Part shown: piece after piece, positions 1 through 15,214 of the stretch
Layout: each line of letters opens with the position of its first letter
Numbering within the stretch: the stretch's first letter is position 1
Source of the DNA: Camelus dromedarius
Lineage: Eukaryota
Direction: 5' to 3'
NCBI RefSeq assembly: GCF_036321535.1
Contig: NC_087436.1
Coordinates: 87,174,001-87,238,000, forward strand
Length of the DNA stretch: 64,000 nt
Made by a program: the position numbers and the translations under genes
The notes under the pieces: generated by a model
What the model was told of the DNA's origin: nothing
The model's database searches: none
What the model saw: the letters and a program-made list of their open reading frames with translations, nothing else

Positions 1-3000
1 GCCCCTGTGTGAACCAGATTGTTCTTACTCCCACTCACGTTTATTCACCACAGCTTGTTATGACCTTCATTCCCATCTTTTATCCCAATAATTATTATAG
101 TGGAGAACGTTTTCTTCTTTTGGAAAACATAAGGCTTGAAACTGAAAAAAGTTAAAGCCTGTGTTCAGTTTTCAATTGCTTTTCTGGGAATCCTCACGTG
201 GAAGGGTCTGCGTCTGACATCCACCCAAATGAACCTTCTCTTTTTCCTCCTTACAGAGGGAGGAAAAATAAAAATGCTGGGACTCCAGTCCTTTGCAAGT
301 GAGAAAGATCCAAAAAGGGGATGGCTGGAATAGTGGGAGCAGCCTGGGTGGCGGGTCTTCCTTCCTAGGAGGATGCTGTTCCGGACTCTCCAACAGTACC
401 TAATAGATGTGAAAGAACACAGGCCTGGCATCCAGCTTCTGGGAAGGATGGGTTGGGCACCAGGCTGGATAGAGGGGCGGGGTCGGGGACTGGCTTGGAA
501 GCCGCACTTGACATGCAATGCAGAAAACTCCAACTGTCCATATTAGAGATGAAAGGCTGGGTATTATGAGGTGGGGGCTAAAAGCCTTCCCTTAAGATTA
601 GAAAAAAGAGAAAATAAAGGGAGAGAGAAGACTAGAAGGAGGAAAAAGATGGATGGAGAGAAGGAGAGAAAGTAAAAAAAAAAAAAAAAAACCTTAAAAA
701 CCAGCATTCCTAAAACTAGCTTCTGTCAGAAGTCCTTGCCACCATTTGTTAAAGATTTACCATTAGGACTGGAACGCTGATGTGGCGTTATGGGATGATT
801 GAAAGCATCTGAGTTTTGGAGAGAAGCAGAGCTGGTTTTAAATCCTGATGCCGCTGCTTGTTAGCTGAGTGAGCTAGGATGGCCTCCTTTCCTCCTGAGT
901 GAAAACGCGTTTGCTGACACCCGTGTGCCCGACTGCGTGGGCTGCAGGCAGGGGCTCCGAGAGGGACTGGAAAAGCTGGTGGCCTGGCCCGATGCTCCCC
1001 ACTGCTCCCCGGGGAGAGGGGCCTCCTAGGAAGGCGTTTCCGCTGCTGGAGGACAGAGGAGGTGAGACTGTGCTGAGAGCATGTGAGTGGAGCCAGTGGG
1101 GGAGGTGAGCGGCCACCAGGCTCCACCCTGACCAGGCATTTGCTGAAAACCACTGGACAATTGGTTCTCACATGTTAATGACTTTTCTTCTCTTACCGCC
1201 ATTTCTAGCCCTGTGATACTCTGGCCAACAGTGCCCCTCTCCTTTCATTTATGTTCCAGCCTATATTCCAGACATGGGGTTCAGGTCTGAAGCCACTGCC
1301 GTCCATTTCGGGGTTGATGGCACATCTGTTCTTTCATCAGTACTGGAACCCTTCTCTTGGGCTACCTTGATCTGTGCTGAACACACCCTTTGGAGCAGGC
1401 ATTTAGCTCATATTCAAGTTCTCAAAAGTGAAGCCAGTTTGCCGTGGGGGCCGTGTGAACAGTTGGGTGTGTGTGAGTGTGTGTGTGTGTGTGCATGCTC
1501 ATCTGTAGTGGGTGTTCCCCTCCAGTGTGACCCCTCCTGTCAGCTCGTCCACTCTCTTTCCAACCTCTCTTTTAATAAATTCATTCCAATCCTTTCAAAC
1601 ATTTTAAACCCACAAGAATGTGATGATTCTATCTGGGCTTCAGGAATTATATATTTTAAAAGTCACTTCCAGTTGCATGACCATTAATCTAGGAACATTA
1701 ACCTTGTCAAATCTTTCAGGTTGTTCTGTGAGCACATCTAAATATGTCCTTTTCCTTCGTTTAGTAAGTTAACTGATCATCCTGGCATTCTCCTCATTTT
1801 TGATGCTGAGAAACCCCACGGTGCTGCTTGCACTGTGTAGGTTTCTGACAGCTCTAAAATGGCTTGTGATCAGAAAAAGAAAAAGAAAAGGAAAAAAACC
1901 CACAAGTGACATTTTCCAAAATGAGCTTTAAAGAAGATTATTCTCCCGGAATGGAGTTAAAAAGAGAAAACGTATATGTAAGTAATTGCTTAGGAATGCA
2001 CCTTAATATAGCAATTTCTTGATACAGTCTCAATGTTTTATTTGCAATGTTCTTGCGACAACTTATCAAGGTACTTTGCTGTGGAAATGAGATACTTCTC
2101 TCCAATTAAGAGACCCAAGTGATCCAAAGAGAAATAGAATGTACTGTCTTTGGGGGAATATCTCCAAAAGAAAGGAAGAGAAAAACTAAACCTTACTGAA
2201 ACTTTGAAAACCCAGTGTGCTTAAATGAAATGGTTGAGTACGATTTCTCTAGATAAGGATATTGCAATACAATGGAACTATTTCAGTCTTAGTTATACGA
2301 ACTACAGTTTAACACTACCTTCTTAGAACTCGGGTGTTTCACAGGGGTCTAGTCTTTCATTTCAGCTACTCAGGTATGCTTACTTTTTTCATAACATTTC
2401 TTAATGTGTCATATAAATAGAAAAGCATATTTTTATGTTGAGGCAGAGATTCCTTTTAAAAATAACTGTTTCTTGTTATCAAAAGTTACACAGAAATTTA
2501 CAGAGAAAATAGAAATCACCCAAAATCAGACCATTCGGGAGAACTATTATTAACATTTTGGTGTAGTCCTTCCAGTTATTTGTGTGTGTGTGTGTGCGTG
2601 TGTGTGCATAAATAATGGAATTTTTCCAAACTGGGGAATCATGATGGGTATACAGTGTTGTATCTGGTTTGTTGTCTTTGTTGTTCCTACTTAACATACA
2701 CTGGGAAGGTTTTTCCATGTCATTATACATGCTTCTGTAGCATCATAATTGCTGGCTACGGAGTTTTCCATTGTGTGAAAATACCATGATTTTTTAAGAA
2801 ATCAGTTCCCTCCTATGCACCAGTCGGGTTCCTCCCTGATTTTTTTTGTTTGCTTGTTCCTCATTACAAACAGTGGTATAGTTCGGTCTTGTGCGTGTCT
2901 GTCATTAGTCCTCTAAAACAAAATGAAGGGAATGAACATGTGTGAAAAGCTGTTTACACGTAAGGCTGACTTACCCTCCAGAAAAGCTGCACCAATTAAT

Positions 3001-3039
3001 ACTCCCCCCAGGAACGTAGAAGGAGACTGGGGAAGCTGA

Positions 3040-3200
3040 ACCTGCAGGCCGGGCTCAAACCTCAGCTCCGCCACCCTCCAGTCACACGGTCTCGGGCAGA
3101 GGGCAGAAATGTTCTGGGCCTCAGGCTTCTGATCTGAACAATGGGGGAAATAAATGCATTGATGTCATGTGGCTGTTTCGAGGATTAAATGAGATAAAGT
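3040..3200 (+). mobile_element. MIR SINE fragment
   Basis: Degenerate MIR core (ctcaggcttctgatctgaacaatggggg...gaggattaaatgagataa); boundaries approximate. Confidence 0.65.
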
Positions 3201-3254
3201 CCTGGGGCCTGCGAATGGCCCACCACCATCTTACAACCAGATTCTTCCACTTAC

Positions 3255-5010
3255 CGATTCAATTCTCTCAACAAATCCTTATGGAGCGCCCACCCAGTGC
3301 CCCACCCTGTCCTCAGCACTTGAGGTACATCCGTGAGCCCAAGAGATGCAGACCCTGGCCCACACGGGTGTGCACATCCTTGCGGGGAGGAGGAGGGAGC
3401 CAGACCATACATAACAGAGGAGGAACTGTACAGCATATTAGAAGGCAATGTGTGTGCTATGGGAAAAGACCAAGCAGAGCAGAGGAAGGATTTTCAGGAA
3501 TCTGGGTGCTCAGGTTGGAATTTTAAGAAGGGTAATCAGAGCAGGCGCCAGTGAGAAGGTGACAGTTGAGCTGGGACTTGGAGGGGGTGAGAGCACAGAC
3601 AAGCAGATAACAGGAGAATGGCTCGAAGCAGGAGAGTGCTGGAGCCCCCCCTCCCCACCCTGAGGCAGGCAAGGGGGCAGTGTGGTGGGAGCCAAGGGCG
3701 CAAGGGGGGCGGGGTGACAGAAGAAAGTTGGGGGTGGTGCAGATCATGTGGAGCCTGACAGGGCCTCTTCCTCTGCATGGAATGAGGAGCTAGGGCAGGC
3801 TTCTAAGCAGGAGAGAAAAGGATGGATGATGTAGCTTCTGTTTTGTAAAAATCACTCTGGCTGCCGTGCAGGAATAGACTATAAGGGGCAAGGATAGAAA
3901 CAGGGAGTCTGTTGAGGGGCCTGTACAGTGAGAGGTTCTGGTGGCTCCCAGCAGGGTGGAAGGGGTGAAGGCGGCCCAGCCTGGTCAGATTCTGGACCTG
4001 TTGTGAAGTTGTCAGCAGGAGGATCTCCCGTGGGTGTGAACTGGATGTGGAGTGTGAGAGGACTAGGAGCCAAGGCTTTATTTATTCCATGGCCTTTGAC
4101 CTGAGCACCTGCAAGGATGGAGGTGCCTTTCATGGAGACAGAAGACCAGGTGTGGAGTCTGGGAAGTGCCAAGTTTGCGGAGTCAGTCAGACATCCAAGT
4201 GGAGATATTGAGACAGCAGTTAGATGGATGAACATCTGAGTTCGGGGGACAGGGCTAAGGTGAAGATACAACTTCTGGAGTTGTGGGTATGTGCATGGTG
4301 ATTCTAAAGCTACGAGATTAAAGAAAATCTCCAAGAAAACGTGTCTGCATAGAAAAAAGGGTCAATGACTGGAGCCTGTTGGCATTCCTACTTTAAAAGA
4401 TTGGAAAAAGAAGAAAAAACAGCAAAGGAGAATAAGGAGAGCCAGCATCAAGGGAGGGAGCAAACTAAGAGAGTCTGACATCCTGGAGGCCAAGAGAAAT
4501 GATTAAGGAAGAAGGAGTGAGTCAGTGGGTCAAAGGCTACGAAGAGACCAAATTAAAACGAGGATGGAGAACTGATGGGTTCGTGTGGATTCAGCAGCCT
4601 CGCTGGATGAGGCAGATGTGCTGGAGTGGGTAGAACAAAAAGCCTGATGAGAGTAGGTTTAAGAAAAAGTGAGAATATGAAAGTGAACATATGCATGTAT
4701 ATGCATGACTGGGACATTATGCTGTGCACCAGGAATTGACATATTGTAACTGACTATAGGTTAATGAAAAAAAGAAAGAAAGAAAGACAAAGAAAAGATG
4801 AGAGGAGACTTGGAGACAGTGAGTACAGACATACCTTTGAGGAGTTTTACTCTAAAATAAATGTGGCAGGACTAACTGAGGAAGTATAATCAAAAGAAGG
4901 TGCTGTGTGTGTGCACGTGTGTGTTTTAAATAACGGCACATGCACTTGGTTATGGGAGGGGTACTGAAGAGAGAAAACTTTCTGACATAGGAGAGAGGGG
5001 AACTGTTGGA
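3255..5010 (-). mobile_element. LINE-2 (L2) fragment, interrupted by a young L1 3' tail
   Basis: Reverse-complement L2 tail (attcaattctctcaacaaatccttatggagcgccc) followed by typical purine-rich L2 body (agacatccaagtggagatattgagacagcagttagat). Confidence 0.65.
4660..4797 (+). mobile_element. Young L1 3' end with A-rich tail
   Basis: gcatgtatatgcatgactgggacattatgctgtgcaccaggaattgacatattgtaactgactata plus A-rich tail; similar to the 3' end of the long L1 at ~59340-59420. Confidence 0.75.
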
Positions 5011-6689
5011 ACATCTTCAGTCGACAAGTGTGAACAGGCTCTGTGAACAGTGCAGAGAGGAGAGCTGGTTTTCGATGGGAGCAGAGGAAATCTCTACCAA
5101 GCTGTGGCTCCAGGTGCCATTAAGTGGGCAGCTGTGATACAGGGATGCTGGGAACCTTCTCTTCTGATGGCCACATTTCCTCGTGTGCTTATTGAGCATC
5201 TCCTGCTGCCAAGCGCTCGGCTGCCCACTAGGTCATTTTGCCAGGTTCCCAACATCTTTGACATGCCTTCACCTCTCTAGAATAACTCAGGAATGTTTAG
5301 AGGACTTACTAGGTTTCAATAAGGGGCAGTGGTACCCAAGAAGTCTGGAGGGATAAGCGTCTTTCCAAATGCCTCCCTGAATACCCAGGCTCATCCTGGG
5401 GTCAAGAATTTGAAGCAGTTACTCTCTCATCCATTACTAAACATTGATAGAAGCCTTGTGCTAAAAATAATTGTGCTAAAAATAAAAAGTCCCAGCCCTT
5501 ATCTGAATTTTGTCAAATAAACTGCCAACAGCTACATCTACAAATTTGGAAATATCTGTACAAACACTTAGCTATTTGAAAACGTCAGAAACCTTGGCAT
5601 CATTTGGCACTTTTAAAGCTTTATATTCCTTATCTATCTGTTTTGGTTTGATGGAGACAGAGCCAGGCAGTGTGAAGGATCCATTTAAAATCAAGCCTCT
5701 GTCCACAAAGGTCTGTTGCCATCCTCGTACAGATACTAAGGGGGAGAACACAGCAATCATGGGACTATGAGGATCCAAATGTCATTGCCATTGTACCTTG
5801 ATACTGTCCATGAATACAGTCTCTTCTGTTTAGAGCTAAACTCACGAAATTTTCATATGTGTGCATTAATTCTCATTCTGAACAGTTAAACTGTCTTGAT
5901 GTCTCTGTTACTTCAAGCAATTACAAACCTTTCCTTCATCTTCTTTTAAATGTTTGATGTAATCTTAAACCTATTAAAACCCTCCTGCAACAGTGTGTAC
6001 TCTTCAGGGTTCTTATCAAGCCTCATGGTTAAGTCAACTTTGCTTTTTATTGCCTTTGGATCATGTTACTGCAGTTCATTAAGAGTATGCAGCATGACTG
6101 GCTAGAAATTAAATCCAAGGCACTGTCCAGCTTTTAAAAAAAAAAAACTGTGATTCTTTGTAGTCAACTAGGTTTTAAATTCAGCTTCCTTTATTTATAC
6201 AAGGTATCACGATAAAGGATAGGCAAATCTCTTATCCATTCTCCTTTATGCCCTTAAGAGCACTTTGCAAACTGTTGTCCCATGTTTACACATACTTATT
6301 GTGTATCAAATGACACTCAACTCAAGGACAAGCAAACGTTTTGGTAGCTGGTCCTGAATCTTTGACACCTCTCTGTCCCTTTGCTGTAGTAATAACTCAG
6401 GGATGTTTAGATGACCTTCTATATATGGTCAGAGTCCATGTGAAAGGAAGTGAGGGAGACAACTAGTCAGCTTGTCAGTTTTCTACTCCTTCTGTGGATC
6501 CCTGTAGAATCTTTTAGATGATGTGAGTTTTCAGAGTTAAAAAACCAGTGAGGATGCTCACTGCCATAACTAGAGCTCCGAAGCTCACAAATACTATTTT
6601 TTTAAATCACACATGTATAAAAAGAAGAAGATAAAAATTGTAATTGTTGATCAGTTGGTATAACTTGTATTAGACAGAGTAGCACTATT

Positions 6690-7085
6690 TACTCTTATTA
6701 GACAGGATGCCATAACAAACCCCAAATTTGCACCACACAGCACAACAGAAGCTTTCCTCTTGCTCACGTGACAGTTCAGGGCAGGTGTTCTTGTTCAGTC
6801 AATGGCTGTTCCTCCATGTGGTCGTTCAGGGACCTGGGCTCCTTCCAAGTTGTGGGTCCAGTAGCCCCTGTTTCATTGGAGTCCCCTGCAGCTGGCTGAC
6901 AGATGGCAGAGGGGAGCAGAAAACAGGCACAGCTTAAAACCCCACCCAGAAGTGACACAGCACTTCTGTTCACATCCCATTGGTGAGAATTAGCCATACG
7001 TCCTGAGGGGGATGCAAAGGAGGCTGGTTGGGCAGCTGTGTCCAAACTCTAAGCTAAGGAAGAGTTAGCCAGCCACCTCTACCAC
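6690..7085. mobile_element. MLT1-type (ERVL-MaLR) LTR fragment
   Basis: MLT1-like motifs (ttcttgctcacgtgacag, gttcacatcccattggtgagaattagccat); subfamily uncertain. Confidence 0.55.
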
Positions 7086-10000
7086 ACTGTGTAATGCAAT
7101 TACATTTAAAAAATATATTCGGTCTGCCTCCGACTATAACATTTTGGAATGTATCTAGAAAATGGGATCATACTTATTGTTTTATTCACTGGATCTTTCT
7201 TTGTGAACAATAAATCAGATCAGACATCTGCCACATGTATTTTAGATGTACACCATTTGTGTGAACAGAGCATGGTCGCAAATAGCAGCCAGGCCCCCTT
7301 CCCTATTTTTTTTTTTTTTTTTTTTGGTGTTTCCATTTGATAGCCAGTATCACAAAGACAGAGAGCAACAGGAAGCTATATAATACAGTGGGGCGAGTTC
7401 AGGCTTTGGGGTCAAGCAAATCTGGGCTCAAGTCCTAGCCCTTGCATTTGCTAGCTTGTAATAATAAGGAAGCCTTTTCCTTAACCTGTCAAATGTGGAA
7501 AGGAAACTTCTTTTATTAGGTTTCTGTGAGGGTTAGTGAAATAATTTATGCAAAGAACTCAAATGCCAAGAATAGTGACAACATTATTTTTTAAACCTTA
7601 TAAGTGATTTTATAAGATTTATAAGAAAAATTTTATATCATTGTCATTTTGTGGCTGAGTGAGATGGACAAACAAGTAAAGCAAATTTTAGACTACGTGC
7701 GAGTCACCTGGAGATCTTGATGCTGACTCAGGTCTTATGTGGGGGCCCCTGAAATTGAATTTTTAGCAGTTCTGATGCCTCAAAGGGAGGCCAGTGGATT
7801 GCAAGCAGTAGGAAAGCAGAAATGAAGAGAAATGAACAAATGACCCAGAGTCTTAAGAGATAAGAGGAGCATCTAGCACAGAGGCATCCTGTGAGGAAAT
7901 TTTCACCAGATGGGATCATTCCAAGCATGGTAGATATTTTGCATTCCAGTCCCCTGCCCTCCAAGTGTCAACAGTGTCTCCACAATCACTGTGATAATGA
8001 AAAATGCTCCACATTTCCCCAAATATCTCACATGGGAGTTGAACCTCCCATGGTTGAGGACCACTGATCTAGTTCAAAAGGTTCACCTTTTCAGATGATG
8101 AAGATGCAGTTCAGAGAGGTGAAGTGACTTGCTTATGGTCACACAGCCAATTGGTGCATGGCTGGGAACAGAACCAAGTGTTCTTCTCCTAGGTGGGGGC
8201 TCATTTCTACCAAGTGGCCATATTTGTTTAAAATGCTTTTAAATACTGGGCTGCTCCCCGTGGGTGAGAATGAGAATAAACTTAGCTAGTCACAATAAGA
8301 ATCAATGATCCGGGCAAATAAAGGGGGCGGTTATCCAGTTGTAACCAGGATATAAGCGGGGGCTCGTACTGCTAATTAAACATTAAGCACATTTGAAGAA
8401 AAAAGTCTGAAAACCAGAAATAGTTAAAAAGTAACTCTAGTCATTAATTACATTTTCAAAGATCAATAAAGGATTCTGAGTCATATCCCACAGCATCCTT
8501 GTCATCTCAGGGATCTTATTGGTTCACATTCTGACAGTGCTTCAGAATCTCGATGCTCCCCTCTTTCTTGAAGCCTTATTCTCTTTTCCTTTCGTCCCTC
8601 TGCCCCTGCCCTGTCATCCATACCCATTTTCTCCATGTTGAATCCCAAAGGCCCAGAAATCAGCAAGTCAAGACAAGACTCTCCTTGATGTAGGCGAGGG
8701 GAGACATTGAGTCAAAGCAAGACCAGAGCAGGAGAAGGGAACACAGAGGGTGGGGACACTCCCACTGTATTAACCCTCTCTGTGGCAACCACTCTTGAAT
8801 CATGCCATTCACGCAGTCATCAAGGACAGTCCTCCATGCAGAAACCCTGTCTCCTCCCAGAGGGGATCTCCGCGGTCCTACCTCAGGGTCGAAGGAGGCA
8901 CTGCTCAGAGGCACTCCCTCTCTCTGACAGGGCCACCTCTGTCTGGGGGTAATCTGAAAAATGAGAGCAAAGCTGAGAGCTTGGAGTATTAGCAACATAC
9001 ATATATGTACCAACTGGTGACTTCTAGTTTAGATGACAGAAAAAAACAGAATTCTGGTATACTTTAAATACATAGAAATGGACAAAATGTCTTTTGAAAA
9101 ACATTTAAAACACATACTCATGCTCATGCATAAGAAAAGAATATCTCCAAGAGCTAAATGTGAAGTGGTAACTCATAGCCACAGAGCTATGCAGGGATTA
9201 AATCCATGCAGCCTGCAGAGAGACAGGCTGGGTTAGTGGTTTCAGAGCTGAGCTTTTAATGCCCCTAAAGAGCTGAACGTTAAAGCAGTGGACCCTGTGC
9301 AGGGCCCAGAGCTGAGACTGGGCTTCCTGCCTGGCTTTAGAAGCCAGAAACCTGCTAATCCCTTTGTTCATCAATAGATACCAAAAAAGGTCTGGGAGTT
9401 ATGGTACAGTTACAACATGAAGGATCCACTCCACACAAGAAATTCACAGAATAGAAGGCAAACAAGAGAGTTGATAGAACCCAAAGCTTGTTCTTTGAAA
9501 AAACCAATAAAAGAAATGGACCTCTGGCCACACTGATTTTTTAAAAAGTATAAATAAGCAATATTAGGGCAGAAAATAAAATCATAACCACAGATACACT
9601 AGAGAGGAACACAGTATTCTATGAGCAAAGAATATTCTGTGCCAATAAAGTTGAAAACATATGAAATGGGATAATTTTCTAGAAAAATATGAAATACTAA
9701 AATGTATTCAATGTGAAAAAGAAGACTTGGAGAGAAAATTATGTTAATCATTGTCCCTATGTTCAAGCAACAGAAAATAATTTTGCCTTGTTACAAAAAC
9801 TGAAAAAAGGATAGTGCAAGGAATGAATTACCAGCCAGTCTCTTATAAACATACCAGCAAATAGCTAAAAGAAAATATTAACTCATTGAATGCAGCAATG
9901 AATTTTAAACAAAAAAAGGATCCACAGACAAGTCATGCCATCGTTGGAAAGGACCGTGATGCCTTTCCAAATGTTGTTCCTAAACATTTGATGTTACTTC

Positions 10001-11009
10001 TCATACCACTGCCCCTCACAAAAAAAAAAAAAAAAAAAAAAAATCTCTATAATGTCCTTGATTCTTGGCTAATTTGCTCCAGGCTTAAAATCTTGGGCAG
10101 GAGGGTCCCGTGAGCTGAGCCAAGAACATAGTCCCAGGTCCTAGACGCTAGATGGCAGAGGAAAGTGTATGTTTCATGGTTTCAACTCTTAACAATGGAA
10201 TACAGGTCCTGCCTTTGGCTAAGATTCTTGCAGTAGGGAATTTCCCAACAGGGAGGTACTTCAGATGCTGGACATCACAAAAAAAGTTTTTTAAACACAA
10301 CGGAGCCAATAAATATTAAAGACATTTAAAAATTTCTCCCTCTCCCCAAAAGGCATCATTTTCACATAATTTTTATAAGCAACTTTTGCCAAATCATCAA
10401 TTATAAAATTGTTTCAAATATTTCAATTCTCCCCACATTAATCTATGAATTCACTGCAATCCCAATCCAATTTCCATAGATTTTCTGGGGAATTTGAAAA
10501 ACTGATTCTAATACTCATATGCAAAGATAAACGTTTGAGAAGAGCCCCCCATCCACCCCATTAAATCAGTGGCATTCAGGGATTCCTGGAAAAGGCAAAA
10601 GCCAATCAGGAACAGAAGAGACGTTCTCAGCTTTTTTCTTCAAATTAGACTTTAAAATTTTACCACTGGGGTAATAATTTTCCAGGGGTTCGACTTAGCT
10701 TACAGGGCATCACTGAAGGGAGGTACTTCTGATAACATACTAATAATAAAAAATTTATCCAATGATGCTTATGCTCTGTGCACCGTTCCAAATGCTTTAC
10801 ACATTTAATCTTTACCACAAGTTTCTTTTTTTCTCCCATTTTTAAGGTGAGGAAACAGAGATCAGAGGGGTAGAGTAACTTGCCCTGTGTTAGAGCTCAG
10901 GCAGTTTGACTTCTGAATTAATGCAGACCCCACTCCAAATACAGACACATAGATATGGTGGACAAACATAAAAATAGTATTTAAAAATGGCCACACTCAA
11001 CAGAAAGCT

Positions 11010-11090
11010 CCAGGTGCGGGTACGGCTCAGTGGTATTGTGCAGGTCCTGGGTTCAATCCCCAGTATCTCCATTTAAATAAATAAATAAAC
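11010..11090 (+). mobile_element. tRNA-derived SINE (camelid Vic-type), internally deleted
   Basis: A-box (ggctcagtggta) and B-box (gggttcaatcccc) followed by (taaa)n tail. Confidence 0.75.
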
Positions 11091-13492
11091 CTGCCCCCCC
11101 AAACAAACAAACAACAAACAAGTAAACAAGTTCCAAAAACAGACAGAGCTTGGAGCCAGAACAGTGACCACAGCTTTGCCTGTCACTTCAGCCATGCATT
11201 TAATTAACTTTACACAACTCATCAAGAGCCTTTTCCCCCTCTGCCACCAGAACTAACAATGTTCTAGGTATGTCCACCGGCCAGCTCTGGTCTGCATATT
11301 CTTTGTTACTAGTAGACAAATTGAGTAAATGCTTAGAAACTTTTTGGCAATTTGACTTTGCTGCTACATTCTGTGTGGATGCATCTCAGTGAACACGGTC
11401 TAGACCAGTCAGGAGTCGTCAGACTTAAGACACTTGTGGAGGGAGCCAAGGACCAGGCCTGCACAGCAGGGCCACACAACAACACGTGACATTTTAAAGT
11501 ATGTTTGTCATGGGTAACACAAAGGTGTGTAAAAATCTGAGAAAATGTAAGTGTTTATTTTTATAATTCATTATTTTTATAATTATTTTAATTTTTAATC
11601 GTCTGTTATTTAACTTATAGGTTATTAACTAAATTAAGGAGCAAAAATCTGTATTTTTTAAAATGTTAATCCTTATCGATAAATGATGAAACAAGCTTTT
11701 CTGGACATTTTTGATAAGAAATGACACCATGGTTCCAAATCTACTGGTAGTCAACCAAACGATGATGAGGAGTGTGATTATGAAAACCGTAAGATGCAAC
11801 TACTGAGGGAAACTATGTAACAGATGCACAAGACCTCTCTGTACTTGTCTATTGCAACTTCCTGTGAATCTGTAATTATTTCAAATTACAAATTAAGAAA
11901 AAAAGTCCAAACAAGACTCGAGTCCAGACAAAATTCTAGGAGACTACGCTCCTCTCTCTCTCCATACATATATACAAAGGTAAATTACACTAATCATGAC
12001 TGAACAGCTTGCTAAAAATTTAACATATGTATATATGCTTGTAAACATCACCCAGACCACAATATTGAGCATTTCTATCACTGGAAAAAAATCTTCATGT
12101 CCCTTCCCAGACTGTAGCCCTCTTCCAAGGGTATTCCAAAGACATGCTGTCCCAATGTCTGTCACCATAGTCCACTTTTCTCTACTTTGAAGCTCATATA
12201 GGTAGAATTATGCAGTATGATCCCTTTGTTGTTTGGCTGCTTTCACTTGGCATTTGGTAGACTCACCCTGGTTGTGCAGGGTACTGGTGATTCTTTTTGT
12301 TGCTATGTAACATCTCATTCTATGAATAAAATCCATGTTATTTGCCCTTCCTACTATTGATGGAATACTTGAGTTATTTTCGACTTGAGGCTATCACAAA
12401 TAAAGCTGCTAAAAAAATTCTCATTTTTAAAAAAGAAGAAGAAGGGGAAAAAAATGAACACCAAAGAAATATAGTTCATTTCAATTTTGGGAGGGAGGTA
12501 TATATTGGTCAGGAAAGCAAAGCCACTAAGTGTTGCAGAATAGAGGATTAATTATGGGATTTAGATCTTAATGATTTGGGAGAAGTTGGTCAAGGAAGGG
12601 TCTAAAATGTGGAGTTAGTGGATGAGAGAAATAGTCACGACCAGTTGTTCTGCACACTGGTATAGGTAGATGAGTGTGGAATGCTTGAGAAGCTAAGCAT
12701 GGCCAGATGTTGAAATGGGATCATAAGGAGGGAGTTTGTGGACAGATCTGTGGGAAGCTGCTACCTTTATGTAGCTATCACTCCTGTGAATCCACCAGCA
12801 AGCATTTGCAGTGGATCTGGGGGCTGCTGCTGGTCAGCAGGGCTAGCTCTTAAGAAGAGCTAGAAGCAGAGCAAAGGAGATCAAGGACCAGCTGGAATAT
12901 GCTGGTTACCTCTGAATCTGTTTATCACTGTATCTGGCTAAAAAGACCCACATGAATGTTCATAGCAACTTTGTTTACAATAGGCACAAAACTGGAAACC
13001 ACTCAAAGGGCCATTGGCAGATGAATGCATAAACAAATGATACTCTATTCATGCAATGAAATCATAAGAAATGAACCACTGAGAGGTGAGGATATAGGAA
13101 GGATTGCCTGCTTGGATATTGATATGCCACAAATTAAGACAGTAGTACAATTGGAGAGAGTATCAGTGAAGTAGGAGCTAAAATAATTTTTAAATGAAGA
13201 GTAATTTGTGAATCAGTACAAGACACCAACCACAAAAGGCAGTGGGGTGGTAAAATCTGGGGAAGAGGGAGAAAGAGTGGCAGTGGGAAGCAAGGAAAAT
13301 GCTCAAACAAATCTGCAAGCTCAGAGGTGGGAGAGCTGTGGGAGAAACAACAGCCAACACTAGGGATGGCTGCAGGGCAAACAGCGTCCTAGGGAAGATT
13401 CAGATTTCCATAGTAGATAGGGAAAATTCAGATTTCCATTAGATAAAGGAGGAGAAGGGAGACTTCAAAGAGGATGGGCATAATTTCAATGG

Positions 13493-13494
<2 letters not shown>

Positions 13495-13526
<32 letters not shown>

Positions 13527-13540
13527 TTTTTTTTTTTTTT
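13495..13540. repeat. (TG)n microsatellite plus poly-T
   Basis: Directly visible. Confidence 0.95.
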
Positions 13541-13779
13541 GTAATTTCCAAAAGTTCTATTTGATTCTTCCTCAAACAAGTTTATTTTCCACACAGGAAA
13601 TGGCACTTACATTAAATTTCTTTTTAAATTTTCTATTCCTTTCTTAATCCTTACTTTCATTTTTTAAATTTTCAAACATTTATGCATTGTTTATGTTCTG
13701 TAGCTAATAATTCCAATGTCTTAAATCCTCAGAAATCTCCTTTTTTTGTTAGTGTTTTTGCTGACTTTCATTCTCAGTG

Positions 13780-13817
<38 letters not shown>

Positions 13818-15214
13818 TGCTGGGTAATGTTTTATTGTGAGCCTCTATTGGTCTGCACTTGATCTTGGGGGAAGCGGCGAGTGGCCTGAGTTGAGAGGTG
13901 GGTGCTTTCCTCTAGAGGGGCTTTGCAGTTGTCTTGGCCACAGGCTAGGAGGGATTTGCAGACTGTGACCAGCATAGTATCAATTCTGAGCTTGGGGGTC
14001 TTCCTTGACGGCACTAGTAAAGCAAAGTTACATCCCACAGCTATGTGTTGGGGAGTTGTCAATTCTCCTCTGAAATAAGTTTTGATTTTTTCTACTCAGA
14101 ATAATAATAGAAACAGATGGTTTTCCTCATAGCCTCAAATGGCAGCAGCAGCAAGCAGAGTGGGCCAAATGCTCCCCGAATGACAGCCTTTGAATCTCCC
14201 AGCTTTACCACAGGGTTTCCTCTTGGAGAGTTTGGGAGAAAAAGATTAGAGACTTGGGAAACATAGCAATCAGGAAAAAACAGTTTTTAAAAATACATAA
14301 TAAAGGAAATTTTATCATGGTAAATTACTTGGCTTACTAAGTAGCATATAATCATAAGAATCACATTAGAATTAGGCATGTAATTGGGTATATAAGTAGC
14401 TAACTACAATAAAATGAACATTGAGTATTCATTTCAACAAAAATTGTGGTAGAATTTTACTGGGAGGGGAAGGGAGAGCCTGGGGAGAGAAAAGGTATTT
14501 GATGGTATCTGATCATCCATCACAAGATACCAATTGATAATGCCTAAAATGTGTGAAATAGTCATGTAAGCACACCATTTAAAGGTGTGGATGTAAGTAC
14601 CAGAAAAACAGCTAAAACGAGCTTTAGAAGAGAAACTCAGGAGTGAGCAGAGGTATGCTAGAGTTGACTTGTTCTGGCTTGAGATGCCAGCTGGGCACAT
14701 CTGTCCCCAGTGCCCTGCTCAGCAATGTCACACTGGGACCTTGAAGTCAGTCATGGTGGGAGTATTTACATCACTGAAACAGAAGACACTATAAATCAAA
14801 GCCTTTTTTTCCCCCAGAAAGTCAGTTGTTAAATATTTATAAGCATATCACTAAGGACCAGAGAGGGACTCCTCATTTAGTTACAAGCTTTATTGTACTA
14901 TTTGGTTTTTCCAACTGTGTACATGTATCACTCTGAGAAAATGCTGTTTTTCAAGGAGTAACCCATGGGGGTGGAGGAAGAAAGAAGAACAGAGAGAGGG
15001 GACTTGCCTTATCAAATATCAGAATGTACCATGAATACAATCTAATCAGTATGGTATGGGCATAGTGATGAATGGAAGAGAAGAAGAGACTAGAGAATCC
15101 ATAAGTTAGTCTCTTTATATGTATAAAATTTATTCATGATAAAGTGGTATTTCAATTCAATGAGGGCAAAGTAATTAAGTCATAAATAACGTTGATACAG
15201 CTGTCTGTCCACCT

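Noticed and set aside
136..1687. Overlapping short ORFs and GT donor-like sites at the window start
   Set aside because: No recognisable protein motifs; one ORF runs through a (TG)n tract; no consistent exon chain.
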